DNA of 64,000 nucleotides, from assembly GCA_045563135.1 (NCBI GenBank), contig JBJKUL010000001.1, forward strand, positions 485,351 to 549,350. Reading direction: 5' to 3'. The notes under the pieces are model-generated. The model was not told where the DNA came from. It ran no database searches and was given only the letters and a program-made list of their open reading frames with translations. This stretch comes from Candidatus Actinomarina sp. Lineage in GTDB: Bacteria; Actinomycetota; Acidimicrobiia; Actinomarinales; Actinomarinaceae. The position numbers were made by a program, and so were the translations under genes. Within the stretch, counting starts at the first letter, position 1; each line of letters opens with the position of its first letter. This document shows positions 38,690 to 48,688 of this stretch, in pieces.

Positions 38690-40550
38690 TCTAGATCAGT
38701 TTCAAATTGATGCTGTTGAGTCCATTAAAAAAGATTTCAATGTTTTAGTTGTTGCTCCTACCGGGTCAGGTAAAACGTTTATTGCTGAACAGGCAATTGA
38801 AAAGTACACGAAACAAAATCAAAACGTAATTTACACAACACCAATAAAAGCTTTATCAAATCAGAAATACAATGACTTTTTAGATTTAGGGATAGACACA
38901 GGGTTGCTTACAGGAGATAGAACTATTAGTCCAGATTCTGAACTTATCGTAGCAACTACAGAAATTCTCAGAAATATGATCTATGCCAACGATAAAAGGT
39001 TAGAAAAAATTGGCTTGATTGTATTAGATGAAGTTCATTACTTATCTGACTCTGAAAGAGGTACAACATGGGAAGAAATTATAATACATGCTCCTTCCAA
39101 TATAAAATTTCTATTCTTGTCTGCGACTATTAGAAATAATGAAGAGTTTCATAATTGGATCGTTTCTTTACGTGGGAAAACTTCACTAATAAAATCAGAA
39201 ATAAGACCAGTCCCATTAGAAATATCCCTTGTTGGTGTCAATCCTCATAACGACCAACTTAAAATAATTAAATCTTCTAAAGATAAACGGAATAACAAAA
39301 TTTTTAAATTTGAAAAACAATATAGAAAATACAAGCGTCCTCATCTTGGATTTCAATTGGATTATTTAACAGATAAAAATCTAACTCCTTCAATTTTCTT
39401 TTACTTTTCGAGAGACAGAGTCGAAACTAAAGCAAGACAAGCTGCTACAAATAGGCATAAAATTAAAAAATCTAAAGAACTTAGAGAGGTTTTCAATGAC
39501 GTATTCGGATCCCTAGATTCAAATCAATATGAACTATTAAATTTAGACGAGTTACTTTGGATGTGGCTTAGGGGGATAGGTTACCATCATGCAGGACTTG
39601 CTCCAATTGTTAAAGAATTTATCGAATATTTATTTTTGAATAGGTACATAAAGTTTCTTTTTGCAACTGAAACTTTATCTTTAGGGTTGAACCTTCCAGC
39701 AAAATCTATAGTTATAGACAGATTATATAAATTCGATGGTATAAAAACACGTTTAATCAATCAGTCGGAATTTTTACAATTAACCGGTAGAGCAGGAAGG
39801 AGAGGTATAGATACTAAGGGCTTTGCCTTTGTGAACTACGATAGAAATATTGAAAACTTTTGGTATAACAATCTATTTACACTTAAGTCAAGTATATTAA
39901 AGTCTGCATATTCAATCTCTTATTCTTCTATTTTGAATATGTTAAATAAATATTCTCTTAGTGAAGCTATAGACTTGCTTGAGAAAAGTTTTTTTGCATA
40001 TCAAAATAACTTCAACGTAAGTGGATTAAAAAAAACTTTTAAATCTAAGCTTGAAGTTCTTGAAAATCTAAATTTTAAAGAAGGAAGTAAAAAGTCTATT
40101 GTCTTAACTGACACATACAGAGATAACTTGATTATAGGCATTGAGTTATTGGAATCAGACTTCAAAAAAGATATGAATTTTTACTTAATGCTTGTTTGCT
40201 CAGGATTATCTTCTACACGTCATGACCTTTCCTTAAATGAGATTTACCTAGATACGTATGTAAAATTTCAAATTATGGAGGAAAAAATTAATAAAATGGA
40301 GACATTTGCAGGCGTGAAAAAAACAACTTCAATTGATATTGGGTGGTTCAGTATATTTAATGAATATCTTCACACTGAAGACATAGAGGCAGTTTTAGTA
40401 AAATTTAATATAAGCGTTGGTGATTTTATCAGAGCTGGGAAGGAAGCATCTGAATTATCAGCTAAGCTTTTTAATATCTATGGCAATAAAGAATTCAAAA
40501 TGATTAGTAATTTATTTAATGATGAGTTAATCCAGAAAACAATGAGATGA
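38679..40550 (+). CDS. helY: DEAD/DEAH-box (Ski2/HelY-like) helicase, short form
   Basis: Motif I VVAPTGSGKT, motif II DEVHYL, motif III SAT, motif VI QLTGRAGRRG; GTG start overlaps the tatC stop. Confidence 0.85.
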   Translation: MEFNLDQFQIDAVESIKKDFNVLVVAPTGSGKTFIAEQAIEKYTKQNQNVIYTTPIKALSNQKYNDFLDLGIDTGLLTGDRTISPDSELIVATTEILRNMIYANDKRLEKIGLIVLDEVHYLSDSERGTTWEEIIIHAPSNIKFLFLSATIRNNEEFHNWIVSLRGKTSLIKSEIRPVPLEISLVGVNPHNDQLKIIKSSKDKRNNKIFKFEKQYRKYKRPHLGFQLDYLTDKNLTPSIFFYFSRDRVETKARQAATNRHKIKKSKELREVFNDVFGSLDSNQYELLNLDELLWMWLRGIGYHHAGLAPIVKEFIEYLFLNRYIKFLFATETLSLGLNLPAKSIVIDRLYKFDGIKTRLINQSEFLQLTGRAGRRGIDTKGFAFVNYDRNIENFWYNNLFTLKSSILKSAYSISYSSILNMLNKYSLSEAIDLLEKSFFAYQNNFNVSGLKKTFKSKLEVLENLNFKEGSKKSIVLTDTYRDNLIIGIELLESDFKKDMNFYLMLVCSGLSSTRHDLSLNEIYLDTYVKFQIMEEKINKMETFAGVKKTTSIDIGWFSIFNEYLHTEDIEAVLVKFNISVGDFIRAGKEASELSAKLFNIYGNKEFKMISNLFNDELIQKTMR

Positions 40551-41422
40551 AAGAGTATATTGTTATTTACAACTTGAATTCAAGAGGCAGAAAGCTCTCT
40601 AAGGAGTACTTAAATGCCTTATTTCAAGAACATAAATTAAATTGTAAAATATTTATGACCAAAAATATCAATGAACTTGATGATATTTTAGAAAACTATA
40701 AAGATCCAAACAGGTATATATATTGCGCAATAGGAGGAGATGGAACAATAAATTCACTAATAGATACACTTTTGAAAAAAGAGATAAATCAGCCCACTGT
40801 AGGTTGTTTACCATCAGGCAGCGGTTCTGACTTTTTAAGAACTTTTGCTATACCTCAAAATATAGAAAAAGCTATGGAGCACTTAAAAGGTGATTCAGTC
40901 TACCTAATAGATACTGCTCTGGTTGCAACAAAAACTAATTCTAAACATTTTGTAAATGTGCTTAATTTTGGGTTTTTAGCAGATACTGTTGAGCTGAGTG
41001 AAAAACTACCAAGAATATTTAAAAGATTTAGATACCCAATCAGCTTCTGGTTAAAATTATTTCCAGCAAAATCTTCATTCATGAATCTTCAAACTCACAA
41101 TTATGAATTTTCAGCTAAGGCTTTTGTTATCTCAATCTGTAATGGTCAATTTTTTGGTGGAGGTTGGAATATATCACCAAAATCAAGTCTTCAGGATGGA
41201 CTGCTAAATATTCAGATTTTTAAAGTGTCTAAAACAAAAGCAATGAAATTATTTTTTTTAGCAAAAAAAGGATTACATTTAACAGATCCTGATGTCGTGC
41301 TTAAAAGAAGTGGTGAAATCAAGCTATTAACTACTCAAGCTATTGAAATTGATGGAGATTTTTTCGATAATGGACCTGCTGAGATATTTGTCAAAAACGA
41401 CTCCATACAGCTTAAAATTTAG
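40547..41422 (+). CDS. Diacylglycerol-kinase-family lipid kinase (DAGK_cat, YegS-like)
   Basis: YCAIGGDGTINSLI catalytic motif; ATGA overlap with the helicase gene. Confidence 0.8.
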   Translation: MKEYIVIYNLNSRGRKLSKEYLNALFQEHKLNCKIFMTKNINELDDILENYKDPNRYIYCAIGGDGTINSLIDTLLKKEINQPTVGCLPSGSGSDFLRTFAIPQNIEKAMEHLKGDSVYLIDTALVATKTNSKHFVNVLNFGFLADTVELSEKLPRIFKRFRYPISFWLKLFPAKSSFMNLQTHNYEFSAKAFVISICNGQFFGGGWNISPKSSLQDGLLNIQIFKVSKTKAMKLFFLAKKGLHLTDPDVVLKRSGEIKLLTTQAIEIDGDFFDNGPAEIFVKNDSIQLKI

Positions 41423-41452
41423 TATTATCTTTAGAACGCTTTAAGGAGACTA

Positions 41453-41815
41453 ATGTCAGAAAAAGATGTAGAAGAAATAAAAGAACCAAATTTAGAAGAT
41501 CTTGAAGAAGAGGATCTTGAAGAAGCTGATGCTCCATCTGAGGAGGAAGAAGAAAAAGAAGAAATTGAAACGGAATCTTTGGAAGCGCGCGTAGAAAGCG
41601 AAAAGAAAACAGTAGAGGAGCCTGATGATGCAGAGGGTTCGTTTATGAGTGTAGATGCTGCTGAAAAAAGAAATGTTAAGAAATCTGATTTGAAGCTGGA
41701 TGATGCAGCTGCGGATAAAGAAGAAGATGAATTCACATGCTCTATCTGCTTCTTAGTTTTAAAAAATACACAATTAGCAAAACCAAGATCAAAAGTGTGT
41801 AGCGATTGTGCATGA
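41453..41815 (+). CDS. Highly acidic protein with C-terminal CxxC...CxxC zinc ribbon (DUF4193-like)
   Basis: E/D-rich low-complexity N-terminus; C-terminal FTCSICFLVLKNTQLAKPRSKVCSDCA; good SD AAGGAG upstream. Confidence 0.5.
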   Translation: MSEKDVEEIKEPNLEDLEEEDLEEADAPSEEEEEKEEIETESLEARVESEKKTVEEPDDAEGSFMSVDAAEKRNVKKSDLKLDDAAADKEEDEFTCSICFLVLKNTQLAKPRSKVCSDCA

Positions 41816-42251
41816 ATTTGAAAATTTTAATTTTAAATTTTCAATAGTTGAAACTGACACTCCACCGGAAACATTAAAATCATTATTCATATCTGAGATG
41901 AGTTCTATAGACAAAATAATTGTTGATCATTATTTGTCATTACAATTTTCTGATACTAAATATTTTGTATTAAACCAAGAGGATTTAGATATTGGATATG
42001 GTTTCGGAGCTATAGAGAATGGTTTCCTGACTATTTATGAACTTTTTGTAATTCCTAAATATAGAGAATTAGGTTTTGGTACTCAAATTTTTAACTATAT
42101 GCGTAATTTTACAAAAATAAATAAACTTAAAATTCGCTCTATAACCCTACCTAGCGACAGAACAGGTAAAAATTTTTATGAAAGCAATTTAATTACGGCT
42201 CGTGCTTTAGTTATGGAGGAAAAACGTGAAAACTCTCGCTACAGACCTTGA
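41808..42251 (+). CDS. GNAT family N-acetyltransferase
   Basis: Acetyl-CoA-binding motif region IPKYRELGFGTQIFNYM. Confidence 0.6.
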   Translation: MHEFENFNFKFSIVETDTPPETLKSLFISEMSSIDKIIVDHYLSLQFSDTKYFVLNQEDLDIGYGFGAIENGFLTIYELFVIPKYRELGFGTQIFNYMRNFTKINKLKIRSITLPSDRTGKNFYESNLITARALVMEEKRENSRYRP

Positions 42252-42975
42252 TGGAACTCTTTACCTAGATCAAAACTTAATTCCTGGTGTTGAAACTTCC
42301 TACAAATTACTTCTCTCAAATAAATTTTATATTTACCACACAACTAACAACAGCTCGCAGTCAATTGAGGCTATTGGTCTTAAATTAGAAAAACTCCTTC
42401 AAACAGAAATAGACTTATCATCAATTATCACGCCCCTCGTAGTTCTCCAACAATATCTTCAAAATAAAACTTACTCTGTGTATGTATATGGTTCAGATGA
42501 AATTAAGCAATTCATCAGCAGATTTTCAAATGTTGTAAACAGCCTTGAAGAATGTGATTTAGTAATTTTAGGGAGATTAGATGACCCTAACCAAGATAAG
42601 CTTGAAAAAATTGCGGCTGCTATTAAATCCGGTATTTCTGGTGCAACGTTAAATAAAGATTTAACATATCCAGTTAGCCCTACCGAATTTAGACCTGGGA
42701 ATGGACAAATAGCTAAATATATTGAATCAGCTGCAAATAAAACTCTTGATTCATTCGGGAAAGAAGGAAATCTTTTCGCAGAGTATTTTCAAAAAAAAGG
42801 TATCAAAATAAATTATGTAATAGGAGATAGGGTAGATACTGATATTATTTTTGGAAATAATATGAATGCAAAGTCAATATTAGTTAAATCTAGTATTAAA
42901 AACTTTATGCCAAGCAGTCTTGCAGATCAAATTTTTGATGACTTTAATAAGTTTGTTTCATCTGTTATTAAGTAG
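42226..42975 (+). CDS. HAD superfamily hydrolase, subfamily IIA (NagD-like)
   Basis: Motif I TDLDGTLY at the N-terminus; C-terminal GDRVDTDI motif. Confidence 0.7.
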   Translation: MKTLATDLDGTLYLDQNLIPGVETSYKLLLSNKFYIYHTTNNSSQSIEAIGLKLEKLLQTEIDLSSIITPLVVLQQYLQNKTYSVYVYGSDEIKQFISRFSNVVNSLEECDLVILGRLDDPNQDKLEKIAAAIKSGISGATLNKDLTYPVSPTEFRPGNGQIAKYIESAANKTLDSFGKEGNLFAEYFQKKGIKINYVIGDRVDTDIIFGNNMNAKSILVKSSIKNFMPSSLADQIFDDFNKFVSSVIK

Positions 42976-43653
42976 CTTCATACTAAAATAACCTATTACG
43001 AAACCACCGATATGTGCCTCCCATGAAATATTATTATTTTGAAACACAATAAATATTTGAGAGACAAACCAGAAGATCATAAAATATTTAGCCTTAACTG
43101 TTGTAGGAAAAATTATTCCAAAAGGAACTAATACTAAAAGCTTTGCATTTGGAAATCTGTAAAGGTACGCACCCATTAAAGCTGACACAATTCCAGATGC
43201 ACCCACAATTGGGTTTAAATTTGATATATTGAGTAAAATATGTACACCTATACTTCCAAATGAAGTAATCAGTAAAAATAGTAAAAATTTGAAAACACCA
43301 AGCTTGTCTTCTATGTTATTTCCAAAGATCCAAAAACTCCATAAGTTACCAATGATGTGAAGTAGATTTGCATGAAGAAAATTAGCAATAACTAAACTAT
43401 AAATTATGTTTTTATTCTCAAATATTACGTTGTCAACTGTTGCCATACAACTATTCGAATAAAACTGATTAGCACTTAGGGGATAGCCATTTTTGATTTC
43501 ACAGGGTATTGCAGAATACTCATAGAAAAAATTAAATAGTTCCAAGCTATCTTTTGGTTGAATAAGCAAATATACACCTATGGTTAAAAATATAAATACT
43601 CTAGTTATATAGGGAGTATTTGTTGCAGGATTTATATCTGATATAGGTATCAT
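42958..43653 (-). CDS. Rhomboid family intramembrane serine protease
   Basis: Catalytic GASGIVSALMGAY (GxSG) in TM4 and His in TM6 (AHIGGFVIGY). Confidence 0.8.
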   Translation of the reverse strand: MIPISDINPATNTPYITRVFIFLTIGVYLLIQPKDSLELFNFFYEYSAIPCEIKNGYPLSANQFYSNSCMATVDNVIFENKNIIYSLVIANFLHANLLHIIGNLWSFWIFGNNIEDKLGVFKFLLFLLITSFGSIGVHILLNISNLNPIVGASGIVSALMGAYLYRFPNAKLLVLVPFGIIFPTTVKAKYFMIFWFVSQIFIVFQNNNISWEAHIGGFVIGYFSMKLLNNR

Positions 43654-43689
43654 TTTGTACTCACTCTAAGTTGCGTATAATATATCCTA

Positions 43690-44493
43690 GTGAAGAATAT
43701 ATTAATTATTTCATCAAAGAAATATACAAAATTAAAAACTTATACAGAGTTACTTGAACTCCTTAAGGTTATGGAGATTAACTATAATACTGTTTACATT
43801 GAAGATAGTGATGCGGACTACGGTAAACATTTAACACCTGAGACACTCATTGTTAGTTTTGGCGGAGATGGGACCGCACTTAAAGCTATGAAAACTTCTT
43901 GGAGCAACGATTTACTATTCATGCCTTTAGGAACAGGAAGAGTGGGATATCTTGTAAACCAATCAGGTGATATTCATGATGTACTTAAATCTTGGATTAA
44001 CGAGGATAATGAAATTGTAAAAAGGTCTGCTGTTATTCAAAATTCTGAAAAAGATTTACCAGCTTTTAATGAAGTTGTGATAATTAAAAACTCCCCAACT
44101 AGAATTTTAGATGTTGTATTTAAGACTCACGATCAAACGGTTAAGTTAAGAGCTGACGGCATCATCATATCTACTTCCTTAGGGTCCACAGCATATAATT
44201 ATTCTGCTGGTGGACCAATTGTTCAAAATAGTTTAGAGTCCATTATCATTACACCAATATCTCCATTTTCTAAATTTCCTAGGTCTATAGTTCTAGACAG
44301 TGATTCAAAAATAGAAATTACAGTTAAAAAAAATCAGAATTATGCAATCCAATTTGACGGTGTTGTAGAATCTGAAGTCTTATCTGATAGTGATAATACG
44401 TTTGAATATACATTATCAGAGAAAGCATTAAATATTATTGGAACTGAAAATTCTCCAAGACTAGATTTGTTCCTTAATCAAATACTTAGATAA
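43690..44493 (+). CDS. nadK: NAD kinase
   Basis: GGDGT motif (VSFGGDGTALKA), NEVVI, DGIIISTSLGSTAYNYSAGGPI. Confidence 0.85.
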   Translation: MKNILIISSKKYTKLKTYTELLELLKVMEINYNTVYIEDSDADYGKHLTPETLIVSFGGDGTALKAMKTSWSNDLLFMPLGTGRVGYLVNQSGDIHDVLKSWINEDNEIVKRSAVIQNSEKDLPAFNEVVIIKNSPTRILDVVFKTHDQTVKLRADGIIISTSLGSTAYNYSAGGPIVQNSLESIIITPISPFSKFPRSIVLDSDSKIEITVKKNQNYAIQFDGVVESEVLSDSDNTFEYTLSEKALNIIGTENSPRLDLFLNQILR

Positions 44494-44530
44494 TCCTTTT
44501 AATAGCAATTTATCATGCTAAAATTTCTGG

Positions 44531-46156
44531 GTGACCAAATACATATTTGTAACTGGTGGTGTAGTCTCTGGTCTTGGTAAAGGGATTACCTCTGCATCTC
44601 TTGGAAACCTTCTAAAGTCTCGAGGCCTTTCAATTGTTAATCAAAAATTAGATCCCTACATAAATGTAGATCCAGACACCATGAATCCTTTTCAACATGG
44701 AGAAGTTTTTGTAACTGAAGACGGGGCCACTACAGATTTAGATCTTGGACACTACGAACGCTTTACTGGTGTTAACCTACGAAAGGATGCAAATGTAACA
44801 ACAGGAAGCATTTATAGAAAAGTAATCGAAAGAGAGAGAAAAGGAGATTACCTCGGTGCTACTGTTCAGGTTATTCCGCACATTACAGATGAAATTAAAA
44901 GAAGGATTAAAGGCATTTCTAATGATGTAGACGTTCAAATTACTGAAATAGGTGGAACTGTTGGCGATATTGAAATCCTCCCTTTTCTTGAAGCTGCTAG
45001 ACAAATTAGAAAAGAACTAGGATCTGAAAATGTTATGTTTATACACGTGACCTTAGTTCCTTTTATAGGTCCAAGTACAGAATTGAAAACAAAACCTACT
45101 CAACATTCAGTTTCAATGTTACGAGGTTACGGTATAAGTCCAGATTTGATTGTTTTACGTTCTGATAGAGGACTGGATGAAGATATTAAAAACAAAGTTT
45201 CCTTATTTTGTGATGTGAGCTACGAAAATGTTATTAATGCGCCCGACCTTGATGATATTTATGATGTTCCTTTAAAAATGCATTCTGAAGGCTTAGATGC
45301 AGCAGTTGATAAAAGATTAAATCTTGACACCACCGAACCTGAATTACAAGATTGGAAAAATATGTTAGACCTAAAGAAAGAGGCTACTAAAGATGTTGAG
45401 ATAGCAATTTTAGGAAAATACTTTGGTTTACCAGATAGTTATATGTCAGTAGTTGAGTCTCTTAAACATGCTTGTTTGCAAAATAAAGTTAATTTAAACC
45501 TTCATTGGATTGATGCTGATAATTACGATAATGAAGATCTTTCAAATCTAGACGGGGTAGTAGTTCCTGGTGGTTTTGGAGTAAGAGGCATTGAAGGAAA
45601 AATTTCAGCAATACAGTATTTGAGAGAAAATAAGGTTCCTTTTCTTGGTATATGCTTAGGGCTACAGTGTGCAGTTATAGAATATGCACGGAATGTATGT
45701 GGAATAAATGATGCCAATTCTTCAGAGTTTTCACAAAATACTAAGGATTTTGTCATAGACCTTCTTCCTAACCAAGATTTAGATAAAGATGACGTTGGAG
45801 CATCAATGCGCCTTGGAACCTATCCTTGTAAAATCGAAAAAAATACACTTACTTCTGAAATTTATAAAGACGAGGTAATTTACGAACGACATAGGCACAG
45901 ATATGAAGTTAATAATAAATACAGGGATACATTAGAGGAGAATGGACTAATTTTTAGTGGTTTGTCGCCTGATAATAACTTGGTAGAAATGATTGAGTTA
46001 AAAGATCACCCATTTTTTGTCGCTTCCCAGTTTCATCCGGAATTTAAATCACGACCATGGGAACCTTCACCTATTTTTAACAGTTTTATTAAAAGTGCTT
46101 CAATTAAAACCCAGAATAAAAATGAAGCAACTCTAAAAACGAAAGTCAAAGATTAA
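44531..46156 (+). CDS. pyrG: CTP synthase
   Basis: [17 protein letters not shown]-terminus; GATase domain GICLGLQ; GTG start. Confidence 0.97.
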   Translation: MTKYIFVTGGVVSGLGKGITSASLGNLLKSRGLSIVNQKLDPYINVDPDTMNPFQHGEVFVTEDGATTDLDLGHYERFTGVNLRKDANVTTGSIYRKVIERERKGDYLGATVQVIPHITDEIKRRIKGISNDVDVQITEIGGTVGDIEILPFLEAARQIRKELGSENVMFIHVTLVPFIGPSTELKTKPTQHSVSMLRGYGISPDLIVLRSDRGLDEDIKNKVSLFCDVSYENVINAPDLDDIYDVPLKMHSEGLDAAVDKRLNLDTTEPELQDWKNMLDLKKEATKDVEIAILGKYFGLPDSYMSVVESLKHACLQNKVNLNLHWIDADNYDNEDLSNLDGVVVPGGFGVRGIEGKISAIQYLRENKVPFLGICLGLQCAVIEYARNVCGINDANSSEFSQNTKDFVIDLLPNQDLDKDDVGASMRLGTYPCKIEKNTLTSEIYKDEVIYERHRHRYEVNNKYRDTLEENGLIFSGLSPDNNLVEMIELKDHPFFVASQFHPEFKSRPWEPSPIFNSFIKSASIKTQNKNEATLKTKVKD

Positions 46157-46196
46157 TAATTCCTTAGATAGCTTACTTGATGAATACGGTAGTTAC

Positions 46197-47027
46197 TTGC
46201 TTTATTCTAAGGGTCTTTCTGATAATTCAGTAAAAGCCTATATCTCAGATTTATATAATTTGTTTATTGAAAATAAAGTAACTGATGTTAACTCAGCCAA
46301 CCTTAATAATTTAATTGATCTTATCTCTAAAAAAACATACAGCCCAAATACCAAAAAAAGAAAACTGTCAGTAATTAAGCAGTTTGTAAAATGGTTTAAC
46401 ACAAATCATCAACAAAAATTAATTATTCTTGAAGACATAAAAATTAAATCTGGTCAAAAACTTCCAGAGACTTTATCAATTTTGGAAATTGATAAAATGA
46501 TTAATTATTTCAAACTAGATTCTTTTTTAAGTTCTAGGAATAGGACCATTATTGATTTTATGTATTCTACAGGCTGTCGTGTCAGTGAACTGTGCAATGT
46601 GAAAATATCAGATTTAGATTTTGATGATGATTATGTCCAGCTAACAGGAAAGGGCTCTAAACAAAGAATTGTTCCAATTGGTTCAAAGCTTAAAGAAAAT
46701 TTAGTACTTTATTTAGATACTAGAAACCTTAAAGATCCGAAAAATTTATCCCCACTCTTATTCTTATCTAAATCTAATAATCGTTTGGATAGAACAGCTA
46801 TATTTCGATTAATTAAAAGTACTGCCCTCAATACGGGTGTTAAAATAAATGTTCACCCTCATACATTGCGTCACAGTGCAGCTACTCATATGCTTGAAGC
46901 TGGATGTGATCTAAGAACACTTCAAGAATATCTAGGACATACATCTGTATCAACAACACAAATATATACTAAGTTAACTAAGGAATTTCTAAATGAAGTT
47001 TTTAATGAAAGCCACCCGAGAGCATGA
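46197..47027 (+). CDS. xerD: Site-specific tyrosine recombinase XerD (true start probably upstream at a non-canonical codon)
   Basis: Catalytic R...HTLRHSAATHMLEAGCDLRTLQEYLGHTSVSTTQIYT; in-frame upstream residues LDSLLDEYGSYLLY align with the XerD N-terminal helix. Confidence 0.9.
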   Translation: MLYSKGLSDNSVKAYISDLYNLFIENKVTDVNSANLNNLIDLISKKTYSPNTKKRKLSVIKQFVKWFNTNHQQKLIILEDIKIKSGQKLPETLSILEIDKMINYFKLDSFLSSRNRTIIDFMYSTGCRVSELCNVKISDLDFDDDYVQLTGKGSKQRIVPIGSKLKENLVLYLDTRNLKDPKNLSPLLFLSKSNNRLDRTAIFRLIKSTALNTGVKINVHPHTLRHSAATHMLEAGCDLRTLQEYLGHTSVSTTQIYTKLTKEFLNEVFNESHPRA

Positions 47028-47464
47028 ATCAAATTTATTTAAAATCTAAAAGAGCAGTGAGGTTCTTTTTTTACAGACATCTCTCAATTGCTGCTCAATT
47101 ACAGATATCAAACATATTGAATGATGAAGATTTGATTAAACAGTATTGGCTGCTGAACAAAGCTGATAGACACCATTCATTTGAAGTATTAAATAGATCA
47201 AAAAAAATTACTGAAGAACCTGATGTGTTAATACTTTCTCTAATACATGATATTGGAAAAAATACAGGTCATTATTCATGGTTGTTCAGAATAATGTCTG
47301 ATTTGAATCTTGTAACTTCAAAAAAATCAAAAAACTATTTAGACCATGAGGTAATTGGTTATGAAGTATTAGGTAGTATCGATGGATTAGATGAATTAAA
47401 AAATTATTATCAAAAAGAATTACTCCTTCGGCGTCACGATGTACTGGAAGAAACTGATTACTAA
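47024..47464 (+). CDS. HD-domain protein (putative phosphohydrolase)
   Basis: H...HD metal-binding pattern (ADRHHSF ... LIHDIGK). Confidence 0.5.
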   Translation: MNQIYLKSKRAVRFFFYRHLSIAAQLQISNILNDEDLIKQYWLLNKADRHHSFEVLNRSKKITEEPDVLILSLIHDIGKNTGHYSWLFRIMSDLNLVTSKKSKNYLDHEVIGYEVLGSIDGLDELKNYYQKELLLRRHDVLEETDY

Positions 47465-48171
47465 TGAAAAATACTGAAATTATTGAAAATCTTAAAAACC
47501 TTCTTGTTGAATATACGTCAAAATCAGAAGTCCAAATTGAAAATAATCTTACGATGATCTTTCAAAGTTTTGAAAACAAATCACTTAAAGACGATATTGA
47601 TAATTATTCAGAGTTTGTTCTACTTGGAGCATCCTTATTTGAATTAAAAGCTAAAAGATTGCTACCACAAGATGATGAAGTTGAATGGCTTGATGAAGTA
47701 GAACTTATTAAAGATAAAGACTTAGCTTTCGCAAGATTGTTGCAATTTAAAGCTTTTACTGAAGTAGGCATAGCTATGGCAGTAAAAGTTAAGCAAACGG
47801 AAAAAGAGATATCAGCATTTAAATATTATCAAACAAACACTCTCGCGGTAAAGCCCGACATTCAATACACACTCAATATTTCTGATTTTCAAGATACTGC
47901 TCTTGAGGTATTTAGTAGATATAAGACAATTCAAGGTTTTTCTCACATAGATAAAGAACTACCTGATTTACAAGAAGCTATCGACGATCTACTTCAACTT
48001 GTTGACAGAAGGTTAAATACAACCTTCGAAGAACTTGTTTCTTCAGTTAATACTTCCCAAGAAGCAGTGGCATTTTTTCTTGCCCTACTAGAAGCTGTAA
48101 GATGGGGTTTTATAAAAGCTGAACAAACAAATACAAATAAAGACATTATTATTGAGAAAAACTATGAATAA
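47464..48171 (+). CDS. scpA: Segregation and condensation protein A
   Basis: LLGASLFELKAKRLLP kleisin N-motif; position upstream of scpB. Confidence 0.8.
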   Translation: MKNTEIIENLKNLLVEYTSKSEVQIENNLTMIFQSFENKSLKDDIDNYSEFVLLGASLFELKAKRLLPQDDEVEWLDEVELIKDKDLAFARLLQFKAFTEVGIAMAVKVKQTEKEISAFKYYQTNTLAVKPDIQYTLNISDFQDTALEVFSRYKTIQGFSHIDKELPDLQEAIDDLLQLVDRRLNTTFEELVSSVNTSQEAVAFFLALLEAVRWGFIKAEQTNTNKDIIIEKNYE

Positions 48172-48688
48172 TAAAAAAGTAATATCAGCAGTCTTACTTG
48201 TAAGCGATGGTCCTATCGAACATAGTTATTTTGAAGAACTTTTAAAAATAGAAAATACAGTTCTAATTTCCATATTTGAACAAATAAATACCGATCTTAC
48301 TAATGCTGACATTGGCTTTTATATTAAATTTGATAAATCTAAATCAGACATAGTGACAAAATCTGAAATCTCTGAACTACTTACAGACGTAAAACCACCT
48401 CCAATATTAAGAGGTTTATCCACACCAGCATTAGAAACTTTAGCAATAGTGGCTTACGAGCAACCAGTAACAAAAATGAAAATATCAGAAATTAGGGGAG
48501 TAGAGTCTGAGTCATCTATTAAGACTCTTGAGTCAAGGGGTCTAATTGAAAAAAGTGGTGAGTTAGACGTCCCTGGAAACCCTATTCTTTATGGAACAAC
48601 AGATCTTTTTCTAAACAAATTGGATATAAGTTCTGTAAATAATTTGCCAACAATAGGTGAATATTTCACAAGTTCAGAAGAAGAGTAA
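48152..48688 (+). CDS. scpB: Segregation and condensation protein B
   Basis: Tandem winged-helix domains; LETLAIVAYEQPVT motif. Confidence 0.8.
   Translation: MRKTMNNKKVISAVLLVSDGPIEHSYFEELLKIENTVLISIFEQINTDLTNADIGFYIKFDKSKSDIVTKSEISELLTDVKPPPILRGLSTPALETLAIVAYEQPVTKMKISEIRGVESESSIKTLESRGLIEKSGELDVPGNPILYGTTDLFLNKLDISSVNNLPTIGEYFTSSEEE

Noticed and set aside
41431-41736. 101-aa Ser-rich minus-strand ORF
   Set aside because: Mirror image of the GAA/GAG-rich acidic repeats of the plus-strand DUF4193-like gene.
46197-47027. xerD as a marker of an integrated mobile element
   Set aside because: No flanking direct repeats, phage or transposon genes; it sits in the conserved pyrG-xerD-scpAB context, so it is the chromosomal dimer-resolution recombinase.
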